Below the pieces are notes generated by a model. That model ran no database searches, was not told the origin of the DNA, and saw only the letters and a program-made list of their open reading frames with translations. The position numbers were made by a program, and so were the translations under genes. Positions 48,664-58,204 of a stretch of 64,000 nucleotides of DNA are shown in pieces; the stretch's first letter is position 1, and the number at the start of each line of letters is the position of its first letter. This DNA comes from an uncultured delta proteobacterium. GTDB taxonomy: Bacteria; Myxococcota_A; UBA9160; SZUA-336. The stretch spans positions 1-64,000 of the forward strand of contig CAVPHD010000008.1 in the NCBI GenBank assembly GCA_963704165.1, given 5' to 3'.

Positions 48664-49958
48664 GTCCATCGCGCGCATTCGTCGCGCTGGCGGCGCTGGT
48701 GCTCGCGGTCGGGGTCGCCGCCGCGTTCCTGCCCGTGCTCCTGCCGGTTTGGTGGGGGACGCTCGCGCTGCTCGCGCTCGCGGGGCTGATCGACGCGAGC
48801 CTCGTGGCCGGTCCGTTCGAGGCGACCCGGAGCGCCCCGCAGACACTCGCGATCGGAACGCGGCACGCGATTTCGGTCGAGCTCGCGAACCGCGGTCGCC
48901 GCAGCTCGCGCATCGTCGTCTTCGACCACGTGCCGGCCGGTCTTGGCGCGACGGGACTTCCGCGCGCGTTCCGGCTCGGGCCCGGCGAGCGCGCGAGCTT
49001 CGAGTACGAGATCGCGCCGTGGTCTCGCGGTGAGCTCCGAATCGGTGCGCTCGAGCTCGTCGCGAGCTCCGCGCTCGGACTCTGGCGGCGGCGTCTCCGC
49101 GCGGGAGAGGAGCAACGCGTTCGTGTGTACCCGAACTTCCGCGCCGTCTCGCGCTACGCGTTGCTCGCGGCGGCGAATCGATCCGGCGAGCTCGGCATCC
49201 GCCGTCGTCCCCGTCGGGGCGAGGGGCTCGAATTCCACCAGCTGCGCGAATACCGCCAGGGCGACAGCCTGCGACAGATCGACTGGAAGGCGACCGCGCG
49301 CCTCCGACGCGCGATCTCGCGCGAGTACGAGGAAGAGCGCGACCAGCAGATCGTGTTCCTGCTCGACTGCGGCCGCAAGATGCACGCGCGCGACGGTGCG
49401 CTCTCGCACTTCGATCACGCGCTCGACGCCGTCCTGCTGCTCTCCCACGTGGCACTGCGACAGGGCGACGCGGTGGGACTGCTCGCGTTCAGCGGCTCCG
49501 AGCGCTGGCTCGCGCCGCGCAAGGGCGCGAAGCAGCTCGGCCGCGTGCTGAACTCGGTGTACGACCTCGAGAGCAGCTCACGCGCCTCGGACTATCTGGC
49601 GGCCGCGCAACGGCTCGCGACGCGGCTGCCCAAACGCGCGCTCGTGGTCGTGGTCTCGAATCTCCGCGACGAGGACCACGAGGAACTCTTGCTCGCCGCT
49701 CGTCTGCTCGGACGCCGTCACCTGGTCTTCGTCGCGAGCATGAAAGAGCGCGCGCTCTCGGCCGCGCTCGAGGCGCGTGTCCACGACCTGGACTCCGCCC
49801 TCACGATCGCCGCGACGCATCAATACCTGCTCGCGCGACGTCGCGCCCACGAACTCCTGCGCCGAAGCGGCATCCTGACGCTCGATGCCGAGCCGCACGA
49901 ACTCGCCGTCGCGCTCGTGAACGGCTACCTCGACGTGAAGTCCGCCGGGGTTCTGTGA
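48660..49958 (+). CDS. DUF58 domain membrane protein
   Basis: VRVYPNF, GEGLEFHQLREYRQGDSLRQIDWKATAR, FLLDCGRKM. Confidence 0.9.
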   Translation: MSPSRAFVALAALVLAVGVAAAFLPVLLPVWWGTLALLALAGLIDASLVAGPFEATRSAPQTLAIGTRHAISVELANRGRRSSRIVVFDHVPAGLGATGLPRAFRLGPGERASFEYEIAPWSRGELRIGALELVASSALGLWRRRLRAGEEQRVRVYPNFRAVSRYALLAAANRSGELGIRRRPRRGEGLEFHQLREYRQGDSLRQIDWKATARLRRAISREYEEERDQQIVFLLDCGRKMHARDGALSHFDHALDAVLLLSHVALRQGDAVGLLAFSGSERWLAPRKGAKQLGRVLNSVYDLESSSRASDYLAAAQRLATRLPKRALVVVVSNLRDEDHEELLLAARLLGRRHLVFVASMKERALSAALEARVHDLDSALTIAATHQYLLARRRAHELLRRSGILTLDAEPHELAVALVNGYLDVKSAGVL

Positions 49959-49983
49959 CGAGCCCCCGGCGCGAAGCGCGAAG

Positions 49984-50175
49984 TCACTCGGTGATGCTGA
50001 TCGCCTGCCGCGGGCAGAGGCGGACGGCGGCCTCGACCTTCTTGCGCAGCGCCTCGGGCGGGTTCTCGATCAGGATGTGCAGGTTGTCGCTCTCGTCGAC
50101 GCGGAAGACCTCGGGGGCCTGATCGACACACACGGCGTTGGCTTCGCACAGGTCGTAGTCGACGACGACTTTCAT
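49984..50175 (-). CDS. [3Fe-4S]-type ferredoxin
   Basis: VDYDLCEANAVC...APEVF...AVRLCPRQAI; RBS CAGGAG. Confidence 0.9.
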   Translation of the reverse strand: MKVVVDYDLCEANAVCVDQAPEVFRVDESDNLHILIENPPEALRKKVEAAVRLCPRQAISITE

Positions 50176-50257
50176 GGATCGCTCCTGCAAGTTTGCGCGG
50201 ACGAAGCCTACCACGGCGCGCGCGTTCTGGCGGTGGTTTGAGCGGGCGAAAACGGTC

Positions 50258-50839
50258 ATGCTTGGCCGCGACGTGGAGGACAGGGAAGCGCGAATCATCG
50301 CGACCGCGGTCGCACTGGCGGAGCGCGGCGGCTTCGAGGCCGACCGTCTGCGCGACGTGGCCGCGCATTCCGGGGTCGCGCTCGGCACCCTCTATCGCCA
50401 CTTCCGCAGCAAGGACGAGCTGCTCGTCGCGGCGCTCGCGAGCGAGGCCCGGGGACTGGCCGCGCGCATGGCGAAGCATCCGGCCGACGGCTCGACATCG
50501 CTCGACCGCGTGATGTCCTACTTCGGCGCGGCGACGCGCACGCTCTGCCGAAAGCCGAAGCTCACGAGGGCGGTGCTGCGCGCCGCGAGCTCCGACGAGC
50601 CCGAGCTCGCCGGAAAGATCCGCGCCTTCCACGGCGTGTCCGGGGACCTGCTGATCCAGGCCCTGCGCGGAGATCCGAGCGCGACGCTCGAAGCGTCGAG
50701 CGAGCGTGACCAGCGCGTCTGCGCGGTGCTGCAGCAGGTCTGGTTCGCCGCCCTGATCGGCTGGATGAGCGGACTGCACAAGCAGTCCGCCGTCGTCGCG
50801 CAGGTTCGCAGCGCCGCCGAGCTGCTGATCCGCCGGTAG
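50258..50839 (+). CDS. TetR family regulator (KstR-like)
   Basis: LRDVAAHSGVALGTLYRHFRSKDELL; VWFAALIGWMSG. Confidence 0.85.
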   Translation: MLGRDVEDREARIIATAVALAERGGFEADRLRDVAAHSGVALGTLYRHFRSKDELLVAALASEARGLAARMAKHPADGSTSLDRVMSYFGAATRTLCRKPKLTRAVLRAASSDEPELAGKIRAFHGVSGDLLIQALRGDPSATLEASSERDQRVCAVLQQVWFAALIGWMSGLHKQSAVVAQVRSAAELLIRR

Positions 50840-50847
50840 TCGGCGCG

Positions 50848-52006
50848 TCAGGATTTCGCGAGCGAAAGCTCGAGTCGCTCGAGAATCTGCGTCAGGATCG
50901 AGCGCGAGGTCGCGAAGTTGAGACGCACGAATCCCTCGCCGCCGGAACCCGTTCTCCGTCCATCCGAGAGCGCGACGCGCGCGCGTTCGAGGAAGAACGT
51001 GAACGGATCCGGCGCGAGCCCGAGCGCGCGGCAGTCGAGCCAGGCGAGATACGTCGCCTCCGGCGAAACGTGCGCGATGCCGGACAGGCGCTCCTTCACG
51101 AACTTCGAGACGAAGGCGCGATTGCCGTCGAGATAGGCGAGCACCTCGTCGAGCCAGGGCTGGCCGCTCGTCCAGGCGATCTCGCTCGCGACCAGGCCAA
51201 AGCTGCCGAGACCACCGCGAAGATGGCCGGGCAGCGAGCGGAATCGCGTCTTCAGGGACGCGCTCCCGAAGACCGCGACCGCGCAGCGAAGTCCCGCCAT
51301 GTTGAAGGCCTTGCTCGCCGACGTGAGCGTGAGCGTGCGGGCGCAGATCTCGGGTCCGAGCGTCGCGATCGGAATGTGGCGGTGACCGGGGAAGACGAGA
51401 TCGCCGTGGATCTCGTCGGAGATCACGATCAGATCGCGTTCGATCGCGATCTCGGCGATCCGCTCGAGCTCCGCGCGCGTGAACACGCGGCCGGTCGGGT
51501 TCTGCGGATTGCAGAGGATGAGGATGCGCGCGCGGCCGTCGCACTTCGCGCGCAGATCGTCGAAGTCGATCTCGTAACCGCGCGGTCCGCCGACGAGCTC
51601 GTTCACGATCAGCGGCCGGTCGAGATCCGCGGTCGCGTTCAGGAACGGTGGGTACGCCGGGGTCTGCACCACGACCCCGTCGCCCGGCTCGGAGAGCGTG
51701 TGAATGCCGAGGTAGAGCCCCTGCACGACGTCGCTGATCACGAGCACGTCGTGCGGATCGACCGTCCAACCGAAGCGCTCGAGCGCGCCGCTTGGCGAAG
51801 ACCGTCGGCAGCGCGCTCGGGGTCGGGTTGACCGGATAGCCCAGGTCGGAGATCCGCACGGCTTCCCCGAGGTAGCGCGAGATCGGCTCCGCGACCGGGA
51901 AGTCCATGTCCGCGACCCACGCCGCCAGCACGTCGGCCGGGTACTGCGTCCACTTCTCACCGCGCCGTCGGCGCAGGGTCTCGATCGAGAGGTCGTCGAA
52001 GCTCAC
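50848..52006 (-). CDS. PatB/MalY family PLP-dependent C-S lyase (frameshift at ~51790)
   Basis: KW..YP..V..AWVADMDF, LCNPQNPTGRVF, ISDEIHGDL, SASKAFNMAGL, ATYLAWLD, FVRLNFAT. Confidence 0.9.
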
Positions 52007-52016
52007 GCGTTCGATT

Positions 52017-55000
52017 CTAGCCGAGCCGCTCGCGGTTTCCGCTGCGCAGCCAGATCAGCTCGAGAGCAGGCTCCGGTTCACCCGGAAAGGCCAGCGCGAC
52101 CCCGCGGGCGTAGGTCGAGAGCTGCTCGCGGTAGTGGGCACGCGCCGCGTCGTCGGGCGCCCTGTCCGACTTGTAGTCGGCCACCACCAGACGCCCGTCG
52201 GTGTCGCGGTAGAGCAGATCGATCGTCCCGTTCCAGGCGGTGTCGCCGTCGCGAAACGAGATCGGCAGCTCGCGGCCGAGTACGTTGATGCTCGCGAGGT
52301 AGCCGGGCAGCTCGCTCGCGGCGATCTCGGCGGCGAGCGCCCGTGACTCGCGGACGAGCAGATCGGCGTCGAGTGACTCGTCGGCCGCCACCCGCCGGGC
52401 GGCGAACTCGACGAGACCTTCGAGTGTCCGCGGGTCGCGGAAGTCCCAGCGTTCGAACGCATCGTGGAGAGTCGTTCCGATCGCGCGTCCGCGTCGGGCG
52501 CTCGGGGGTTCGGGCGGCGGCGGCAGCGGCGCTTCGGGTTCGAGATCGCTCGCGAGCTCGCGTGCCTCGGCGTCTTCGCGCAGGCCGGAGGGACTCCGGA
52601 ACGGCGGACGCGCCGCGTTCCGGGCGATCTCGACGGCGCGCGAAGCACGCGCGACCGCTTCGCTCGTCGGTGTCGCTGCGGTCGCAGGCAGGGACGCCTC
52701 GACGCTCTCGGGCACGGGCACGGATCGCGCGATCACGTCCCGCTCCTCGCAGAGCGGCTCTTCGCTATCGAGGCCCTCTGCCGGGTATCCCCACGGCTTC
52801 AGGTAGTGGACGAAGGCCTCCGCCGGTGGCTTCGACTTGCGCGGGGCGTGCACGAAGATCAGGCGCCTTTCGGCGCGCGTGCACGCGACGTAGAAGACCC
52901 GTCCCGCCTCTGCGACCTCGTGGATCGTCTCCTGACGCTCGTGCTCGATCCAGCTCGAGGAGATCCCGGCTCGCGTCGAGATCGCGACGGCGTGCCCCGC
53001 TTCGACCCGCGCCCATTCGACCTCGACGCTCTCCTTCTCGCCGCCACCCTTCCCGCGTGAGAGATCCGGCAGGATCACGACCGGGAATTCGAGCCCCTTG
53101 GCGCCGTGGATGCTGAAGAGGCGCACGCGATCGGGGCTCGCCTCGGCGTCGCCGGGGGACGTGCGTCGCTCCTCCGCCTCGAGCTCGCGCACCAACTCCG
53201 CGAGGTCGCGTCCGGGCCGGGCCTGCGCGACCTCGACCAGGTGCTCGACGAGATAGCCGAGGTCGGCGCCGCGTCGCTCCCCGTCCCGCGCGCCGGCGTG
53301 GATCGCGAGCAGCGGCGTCTCCTCGACGAGCGCCGTCAGCAGGCGTTCCGGTGCAGCCGAACGCGCGAGCGCGTACAGCTCTCGAAGCAGGCCGAAGCCA
53401 CGCGAGAGCTGCGGGAGCTCGTCGGCGGGCGGTTCGACATCCGGATACGCCCAGCAAGCCTCGCGCTCGCGTCCACCGAAGCGGCCTGCCCACTTCGCGA
53501 GCTCAGCGTCGGGAACGGCGCCGAGAGGCGAGCGCAGGACCCCGATCACCGCCGGGGCGTCGGCGGGATTTGCGAGCGCACGCAGCAGCGCCAGAAGCTG
53601 TTTGCTCGCGGGTTGGGACTCGAGCTTCTCGCTGCGGCCGATCAGGCACGGGATGCGACGGTTCTGCAGCGCGCGGGCGTAGAGGTGGACGTCCCCCATT
53701 GCGCGGAAGAGGAGCGCAACGTCCTTCGGCTCGAGTCGCTTCGACGTGATTTCGGACTCGACCCAGGCGGCGATTGCCTCGGCTTCGGCGTGCCGCGCTT
53801 CGTCCGCATCGCGCTTCGATTCCGTACCGCCGACGGTCCAGACCTCGACGCTGGCGTCGCGATTCGGAGGGAGCCCCGACGAGAGGCCTTCGTAGCCCGA
53901 GTAGGCGAGCTCGGGATCCGGATCGGATGTGGAGAGCACTTCTTCGAAGAGGCGATCGATGGGTTGGAGGACCTCCGGGACCGCGCGGAAATTCGTGACC
54001 AGCTCGAGTCGGGCGCCGCCGTTCCGCTCCACCACGTGCGCGGTCGCGTTCTTGTACGCCGAGATGTCGGCACCGCGAAAGCGATAGATCGCCTGCTTGG
54101 GATCGCCGACGATGAAGAGCTTCCCCGCCGCGAGCTTCGTGTCGTAGGCGTCCTGCGCGGGCTCGGAACTCGGATCCTCGGCGATCAGGAACACGATCCG
54201 GTACTGCAGCGGGTCCGTGTCCTGGAACTCGTCGAGAAAGAGCGTTTCGAAACGGGCTCCGAGCTCGCGGCGGATCTTCGGGTGTGCGAGGACGAGGTCG
54301 TGCGCCAGTGCGAGAAGCGCGTCGTAGGGCAGAATTCCCTGGACGCGCGCCTCTCGTTTCACGGCGCTCGCGTAGGGCGCGATCAGACCGAGCGCGTCGG
54401 AGAGCAGCTCGTCGTCGATCTTGCGCAGGCGGACGAGAGTCGGATAGAGGTCGTTCGCGAGATCGGCAGCGTCCGCGTAGCCCGACTTCGTCGGTGGCGT
54501 CGTGTCGAGCAGGCTCCGATCCTTGCCTCGACCGCTGGTGCAGCGCGCACCGTCGAGCGCGGCACAGCAGGCCGAGAGGCCGTCGTCGAGAAGCACCTGC
54601 AGCGCGCCCCGAGCGGCTGCGAGCCAGCTCTCGGGTCCATCCGCCGGAGTCCCGGAGAGAAGCGCGTCGATTCGCGCGAGCGCGGACCTTGCCGTGACGT
54701 CGAGGATCGAGCTCGCCTCCAGCAGTCCGCTCTCGATGACCGGCTCCGGGACCTCGAAGGAGGAGCACGCGCGACCGAGGATCTCGAGCTCGGCGAGGTC
54801 GAGCAGCGCGAGCACGCGACTCCAGACGGATTCGCGGGTGCCGCCGGGACCGTCGTCGCCGGACAGGAACGCGGACCACGTCTCGCGCCGCAGCTCCTCG
54901 AAACCCAGTCCGTTCTCGACGGAGAAACGCGGATCGACTCCCGACTCGATCGGGAATCGGCGAAGGAGTCGCGCGCAGAAGCTGTGGATGGTCGAGATGT

Positions 55001-55370
55001 CCGCGCGCTCGAGATCTCGAAGACGAAGCGAGGCCAGCGCTTCGATCCGCTCGATCGAGACGTGTTCGAGGAGCCAGACGTACGCACGTCCGGCCGCGCT
55101 GGCCAGATCCGCGTCCGCGGGGGGCGTGTGCGCGCGAGCGAGCCGTACCAGCTCGGCGAGACCCGCGGCGAGGCGCGTGCGCATCTCCGCGGTCGCCTTC
55201 TCGGTGAACGTGATCGCGGTGAAGGCATCGACGTCGAGATCGCGCGCGATCATCTGACAGATGACGCGCTCGACGAGAAGACTGGTCTTCCCGGTTCCCG
55301 CGCCGGCGACGACGATGACGTTCTCGTCGAATGCGTGCGCGGCGCGTTCGCGCGCGGGAGCGTCGTTCAC
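52017..55370 (-). CDS. addA: AddA-like UvrD helicase-nuclease
   Basis: AGAGTGKT, TFTEKA, STIHSF, LDEFQDTDPLQ, VGDPKQAIYRFRGAD, IHGAKGLEF, YVACTRA, GTIDLL..VADYKS. Confidence 0.9.
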   Translation of the reverse strand: MNDAPARERAAHAFDENVIVVAGAGTGKTSLLVERVICQMIARDLDVDAFTAITFTEKATAEMRTRLAAGLAELVRLARAHTPPADADLASAAGRAYVWLLEHVSIERIEALASLRLRDLERADISTIHSFCARLLRRFPIESGVDPRFSVENGLGFEELRRETWSAFLSGDDGPGGTRESVWSRVLALLDLAELEILGRACSSFEVPEPVIESGLLEASSILDVTARSALARIDALLSGTPADGPESWLAAARGALQVLLDDGLSACCAALDGARCTSGRGKDRSLLDTTPPTKSGYADAADLANDLYPTLVRLRKIDDELLSDALGLIAPYASAVKREARVQGILPYDALLALAHDLVLAHPKIRRELGARFETLFLDEFQDTDPLQYRIVFLIAEDPSSEPAQDAYDTKLAAGKLFIVGDPKQAIYRFRGADISAYKNATAHVVERNGGARLELVTNFRAVPEVLQPIDRLFEEVLSTSDPDPELAYSGYEGLSSGLPPNRDASVEVWTVGGTESKRDADEARHAEAEAIAAWVESEITSKRLEPKDVALLFRAMGDVHLYARALQNRRIPCLIGRSEKLESQPASKQLLALLRALANPADAPAVIGVLRSPLGAVPDAELAKWAGRFGGREREACWAYPDVEPPADELPQLSRGFGLLRELYALARSAAPERLLTALVEETPLLAIHAGARDGERRGADLGYLVEHLVEVAQARPGRDLAELVRELEAEERRTSPGDAEASPDRVRLFSIHGAKGLEFPVVILPDLSRGKGGGEKESVEVEWARVEAGHAVAISTRAGISSSWIEHERQETIHEVAEAGRVFYVACTRAERRLIFVHAPRKSKPPAEAFVHYLKPWGYPAEGLDSEEPLCEERDVIARSVPVPESVEASLPATAATPTSEAVARASRAVEIARNAARPPFRSPSGLREDAEARELASDLEPEAPLPPPPEPPSARRGRAIGTTLHDAFERWDFRDPRTLEGLVEFAARRVAADESLDADLLVRESRALAAEIAASELPGYLASINVLGRELPISFRDGDTAWNGTIDLLYRDTDGRLVVADYKSDRAPDDAARAHYREQLSTYARGVALAFPGEPEPALELIWLRSGNRERLG

Positions 55371-58198
55371 CGTCGCGCCTCTCGCAGTTCGAACCAGCGC
55401 CTGGAGATGCCCGAGGATCGCACGCGTTCACGGCTGGCGGGTTCGGTTCGTCGACACGCGATCGTGTAGGCACAGTAGCGGCACTCGGCGCGATCTTCGT
55501 GAAACGGAAACACCCCCGCCGAGAGCAGCCGGGTGAGCTCGGCGAGCACCGGACGTGAGAGATCTTCGATTCTCGCAAGCGGAAGGCTGCGCTCGGCTCG
55601 CCGGTCGCCGTCGCGATCCCGTTCCGGGCGCAGCGGCACCGGAAGCGCCTCGCCCGTGACCGCCGCGGTGTCGCGAACCGTCGAGACCGCGAGGGCGTAG
55701 AGCGGGATCTGCAGCGACGCGCCCCGCTTCACCCGCGTCTCGTTCACGGGCCTGCCGAAGTCACGGCCGGTCTTGTAGTCGCCGACGCGGAGCACGCCGT
55801 TGGAATCGCGGACGATGCGGTCGATCTGGCCCTTGATCGCGAGTTCGATCCCTTCGCCGAGGTCGAGGATGGCCTCGATCGGATCTTCGGTCTCGAGCTC
55901 GTCGATGCCGCCGGGCAGAAGCTCGTGGAGATCGCGTTCCAGGAAATCCTCGAGGGCGCGTCGGAGGAGCTCCTGGTACGCGCTCCAGACCGCGGGCCTT
56001 CGCTCTCGGATGCGAGCTCGGGCTTCCGTCGCGGAGTCCGCGAGCGCCGGCGCGAGCAGACCGCGCGCGCGCTCGAGCGCGACACCAGGCGATGTACCGG
56101 CGCGCAGCAGGCCGAGGTCGAAGAGCTGCCGGTAGACGAGCCGGAGCGTCGCGTGCACGAGAGAGCCCGCTTCGGCAGGATCGAGGGCGTCGGCCGCGGG
56201 CTCTTCGAGTTCCCGCGCGCCGAGGATCCGCTGGAAGAAGGCTTGCAACGGGCAACGGCCGAGACGGTCGATGAAGCTCGGTGAGAACGCGCCCGGCAGA
56301 GTCAACGCGTCGGCTCCGACGGAGCCGTCGTACGGCAGCGCGTTCGCGCGGGTCGCCTCCGTCGCCCGAAGCAGCGCGTGCCCGGCGTCCAAGATGCGCG
56401 CGGACCCGGAGACCCGGGACGCGGACGCGCGTGCGAACGTCGGAGCGTCACCCTTGGGTGTCGTCAGCATCGACAGGACGTCGGTGCCCGGCGCCGCGAA
56501 GGGCAGATCGCGGAGCAGCCCCGAAGGCGCGAGCGCACGGCCGGCACCGTCGGCGATCGGGAACGAGACCACAACGTGCTCTCGTGCCTGCGCGAGCAGC
56601 AGTCCGAGGAGGAAGCGCTCCTCGGGAATCGCCCATTCCCGAATCGGAACCGGGCGACGCAGGGTCTTGCGCAGTGCCGTGCGCACGCGATCGGGAAGGA
56701 ACGGATCGTCGGCGGAATCGCGCGGCCAGGCGCCGTGCACCATGCCGATCAGGAAGAGATGCGAGCAGGGGAGGCCGCGCGCCTGGATCGCGTCGAGGAT
56801 CCGCACCCCTCCACCGTCGCTGGGACTCCAGCTCGTGGAGCGTTCCAGAAGCGCGGCTTCGAGCGCGGTCGTGAGCTCGATGCCGCTCGGCGCTCGCTTC
56901 GCGCGCGCCTTGCGATCGACGTCGTCGAGAACTCCCACGCTCTCGAGAGCGGCGCGGCACTCCCCGCCCGCGAGGTCGCTCGCGAGCCCGAGCGCGATCG
57001 CAACCGCGTCGGTGAAGCTGCGCGCGGCGGCGAACTCCGCCCGGGCCGTGAAGAGGCGCTCGAGCTCGGCGCGAAGCTCGCGGAGCTCCGGCGAGGGCTC
57101 TCCCGCGTCGAGCGCGGCTCGCCAGTCCGCGTCGCCGCGAATCACGGCTCCCGTGCGTGCGAGTCGCTCGGCGAGCTTCGCGACTCCGCGCTCGCAGATC
57201 CGGTCGAGCAAGCGCACGACCGGCGCGCGTTCGAGATCGCGGCCGAGCGCGCGCACGAGATCGAGCCAGGTGCGCGCCTCGGGCGCGGCCACGGCGGGAC
57301 GCGTGAGCGACGAGGTCACCGGAATTCCGTAGCCGTCGAAGATCGGCGGCAGCCATGCGGCGTAGGGCTCGAGGGAGCGCGCGACGATCAGGATCTCGCG
57401 CGGCGCGACGCCGGTCTCGATCAGGGCGAGCACCTCGCGAGCGACGTGTTCGAGCTCCTCACGCGGCGTTCGCGCCTGAAGCACGCGGAGCGCGTCCTCT
57501 GGAATCGTGCCGTCGCGCGTCAGCGCCGGGTCGGCGACGAGCTCGATCGCCTCGGGCCGGAAGCGCCACGGCCATTCCTCGCGCAGTCGCTCCGCGTGGT
57601 CGTTCGCCCAATCCGGCTGGAAGAAGCGCAGGCCGTCGGACGGCAACGCCCCGGCGATCGCTTCGATCAGATCACCGGCCGATCCGACGAGCTCCGTCGC
57701 TCCGTGCACCTCTGCACTCGTGTACCCGCGTCGCGCGACCCAGGCCGGAGCGCCGCGTGCGGCGAGGCGGAACAAGCCGATCCGGTCGTACGAGCCATCG
57801 CCCTCGAGCTCCGTCAGCGCTCGTTCCACGTCGGTGTAGAGCGCGCGCAGGTCGGCGACCTCGTCCGGGAGCGAAGCCGGCGCGACGCCCGCGTCCCGAA
57901 GGTCGCGAAGCGTCGAGGCGAGGGCCGGCGCGAAGCCGGGGCGCTCCGTGATCAGCGGTCCGAAGCGATCACTTCGCTGCGCGCAGACCGCGATCAGACG
58001 CGTGAACGCGATTCCGCCGAGTCGATGTCGGACAGGGGTTCCGGTTTCGGCCGCGCAGCGCTCCGCGAGTCCACGCAGGTTCAGGAACTCGCGGCCGAGC
58101 AACGCGGCGCCGCGCGCGTCGTCGAGCGCGCGAAGCCGTCGCTCGCGCAGGACGCGCGACGATGCCGCGATCTCGAGGACGCGCTCGACTCCGCTCAC
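55367..58198 (-). CDS. addB: AddB-like helicase-inactive/nuclease subunit
   Basis: QARG, ER.LL, SPS...CP..F, G.LVH, GQIDRI..GDYKTG, LQIPLY, CRYCAYTIAC; overlaps addA start. Confidence 0.85.
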   Translation of the reverse strand: MSGVERVLEIAASSRVLRERRLRALDDARGAALLGREFLNLRGLAERCAAETGTPVRHRLGGIAFTRLIAVCAQRSDRFGPLITERPGFAPALASTLRDLRDAGVAPASLPDEVADLRALYTDVERALTELEGDGSYDRIGLFRLAARGAPAWVARRGYTSAEVHGATELVGSAGDLIEAIAGALPSDGLRFFQPDWANDHAERLREEWPWRFRPEAIELVADPALTRDGTIPEDALRVLQARTPREELEHVAREVLALIETGVAPREILIVARSLEPYAAWLPPIFDGYGIPVTSSLTRPAVAAPEARTWLDLVRALGRDLERAPVVRLLDRICERGVAKLAERLARTGAVIRGDADWRAALDAGEPSPELRELRAELERLFTARAEFAAARSFTDAVAIALGLASDLAGGECRAALESVGVLDDVDRKARAKRAPSGIELTTALEAALLERSTSWSPSDGGGVRILDAIQARGLPCSHLFLIGMVHGAWPRDSADDPFLPDRVRTALRKTLRRPVPIREWAIPEERFLLGLLLAQAREHVVVSFPIADGAGRALAPSGLLRDLPFAAPGTDVLSMLTTPKGDAPTFARASASRVSGSARILDAGHALLRATEATRANALPYDGSVGADALTLPGAFSPSFIDRLGRCPLQAFFQRILGARELEEPAADALDPAEAGSLVHATLRLVYRQLFDLGLLRAGTSPGVALERARGLLAPALADSATEARARIRERRPAVWSAYQELLRRALEDFLERDLHELLPGGIDELETEDPIEAILDLGEGIELAIKGQIDRIVRDSNGVLRVGDYKTGRDFGRPVNETRVKRGASLQIPLYALAVSTVRDTAAVTGEALPVPLRPERDRDGDRRAERSLPLARIEDLSRPVLAELTRLLSAGVFPFHEDRAECRYCAYTIACRRTEPASRERVRSSGISRRWFELREARR

Positions 58199-58204
58199 GT
58201 TTGC

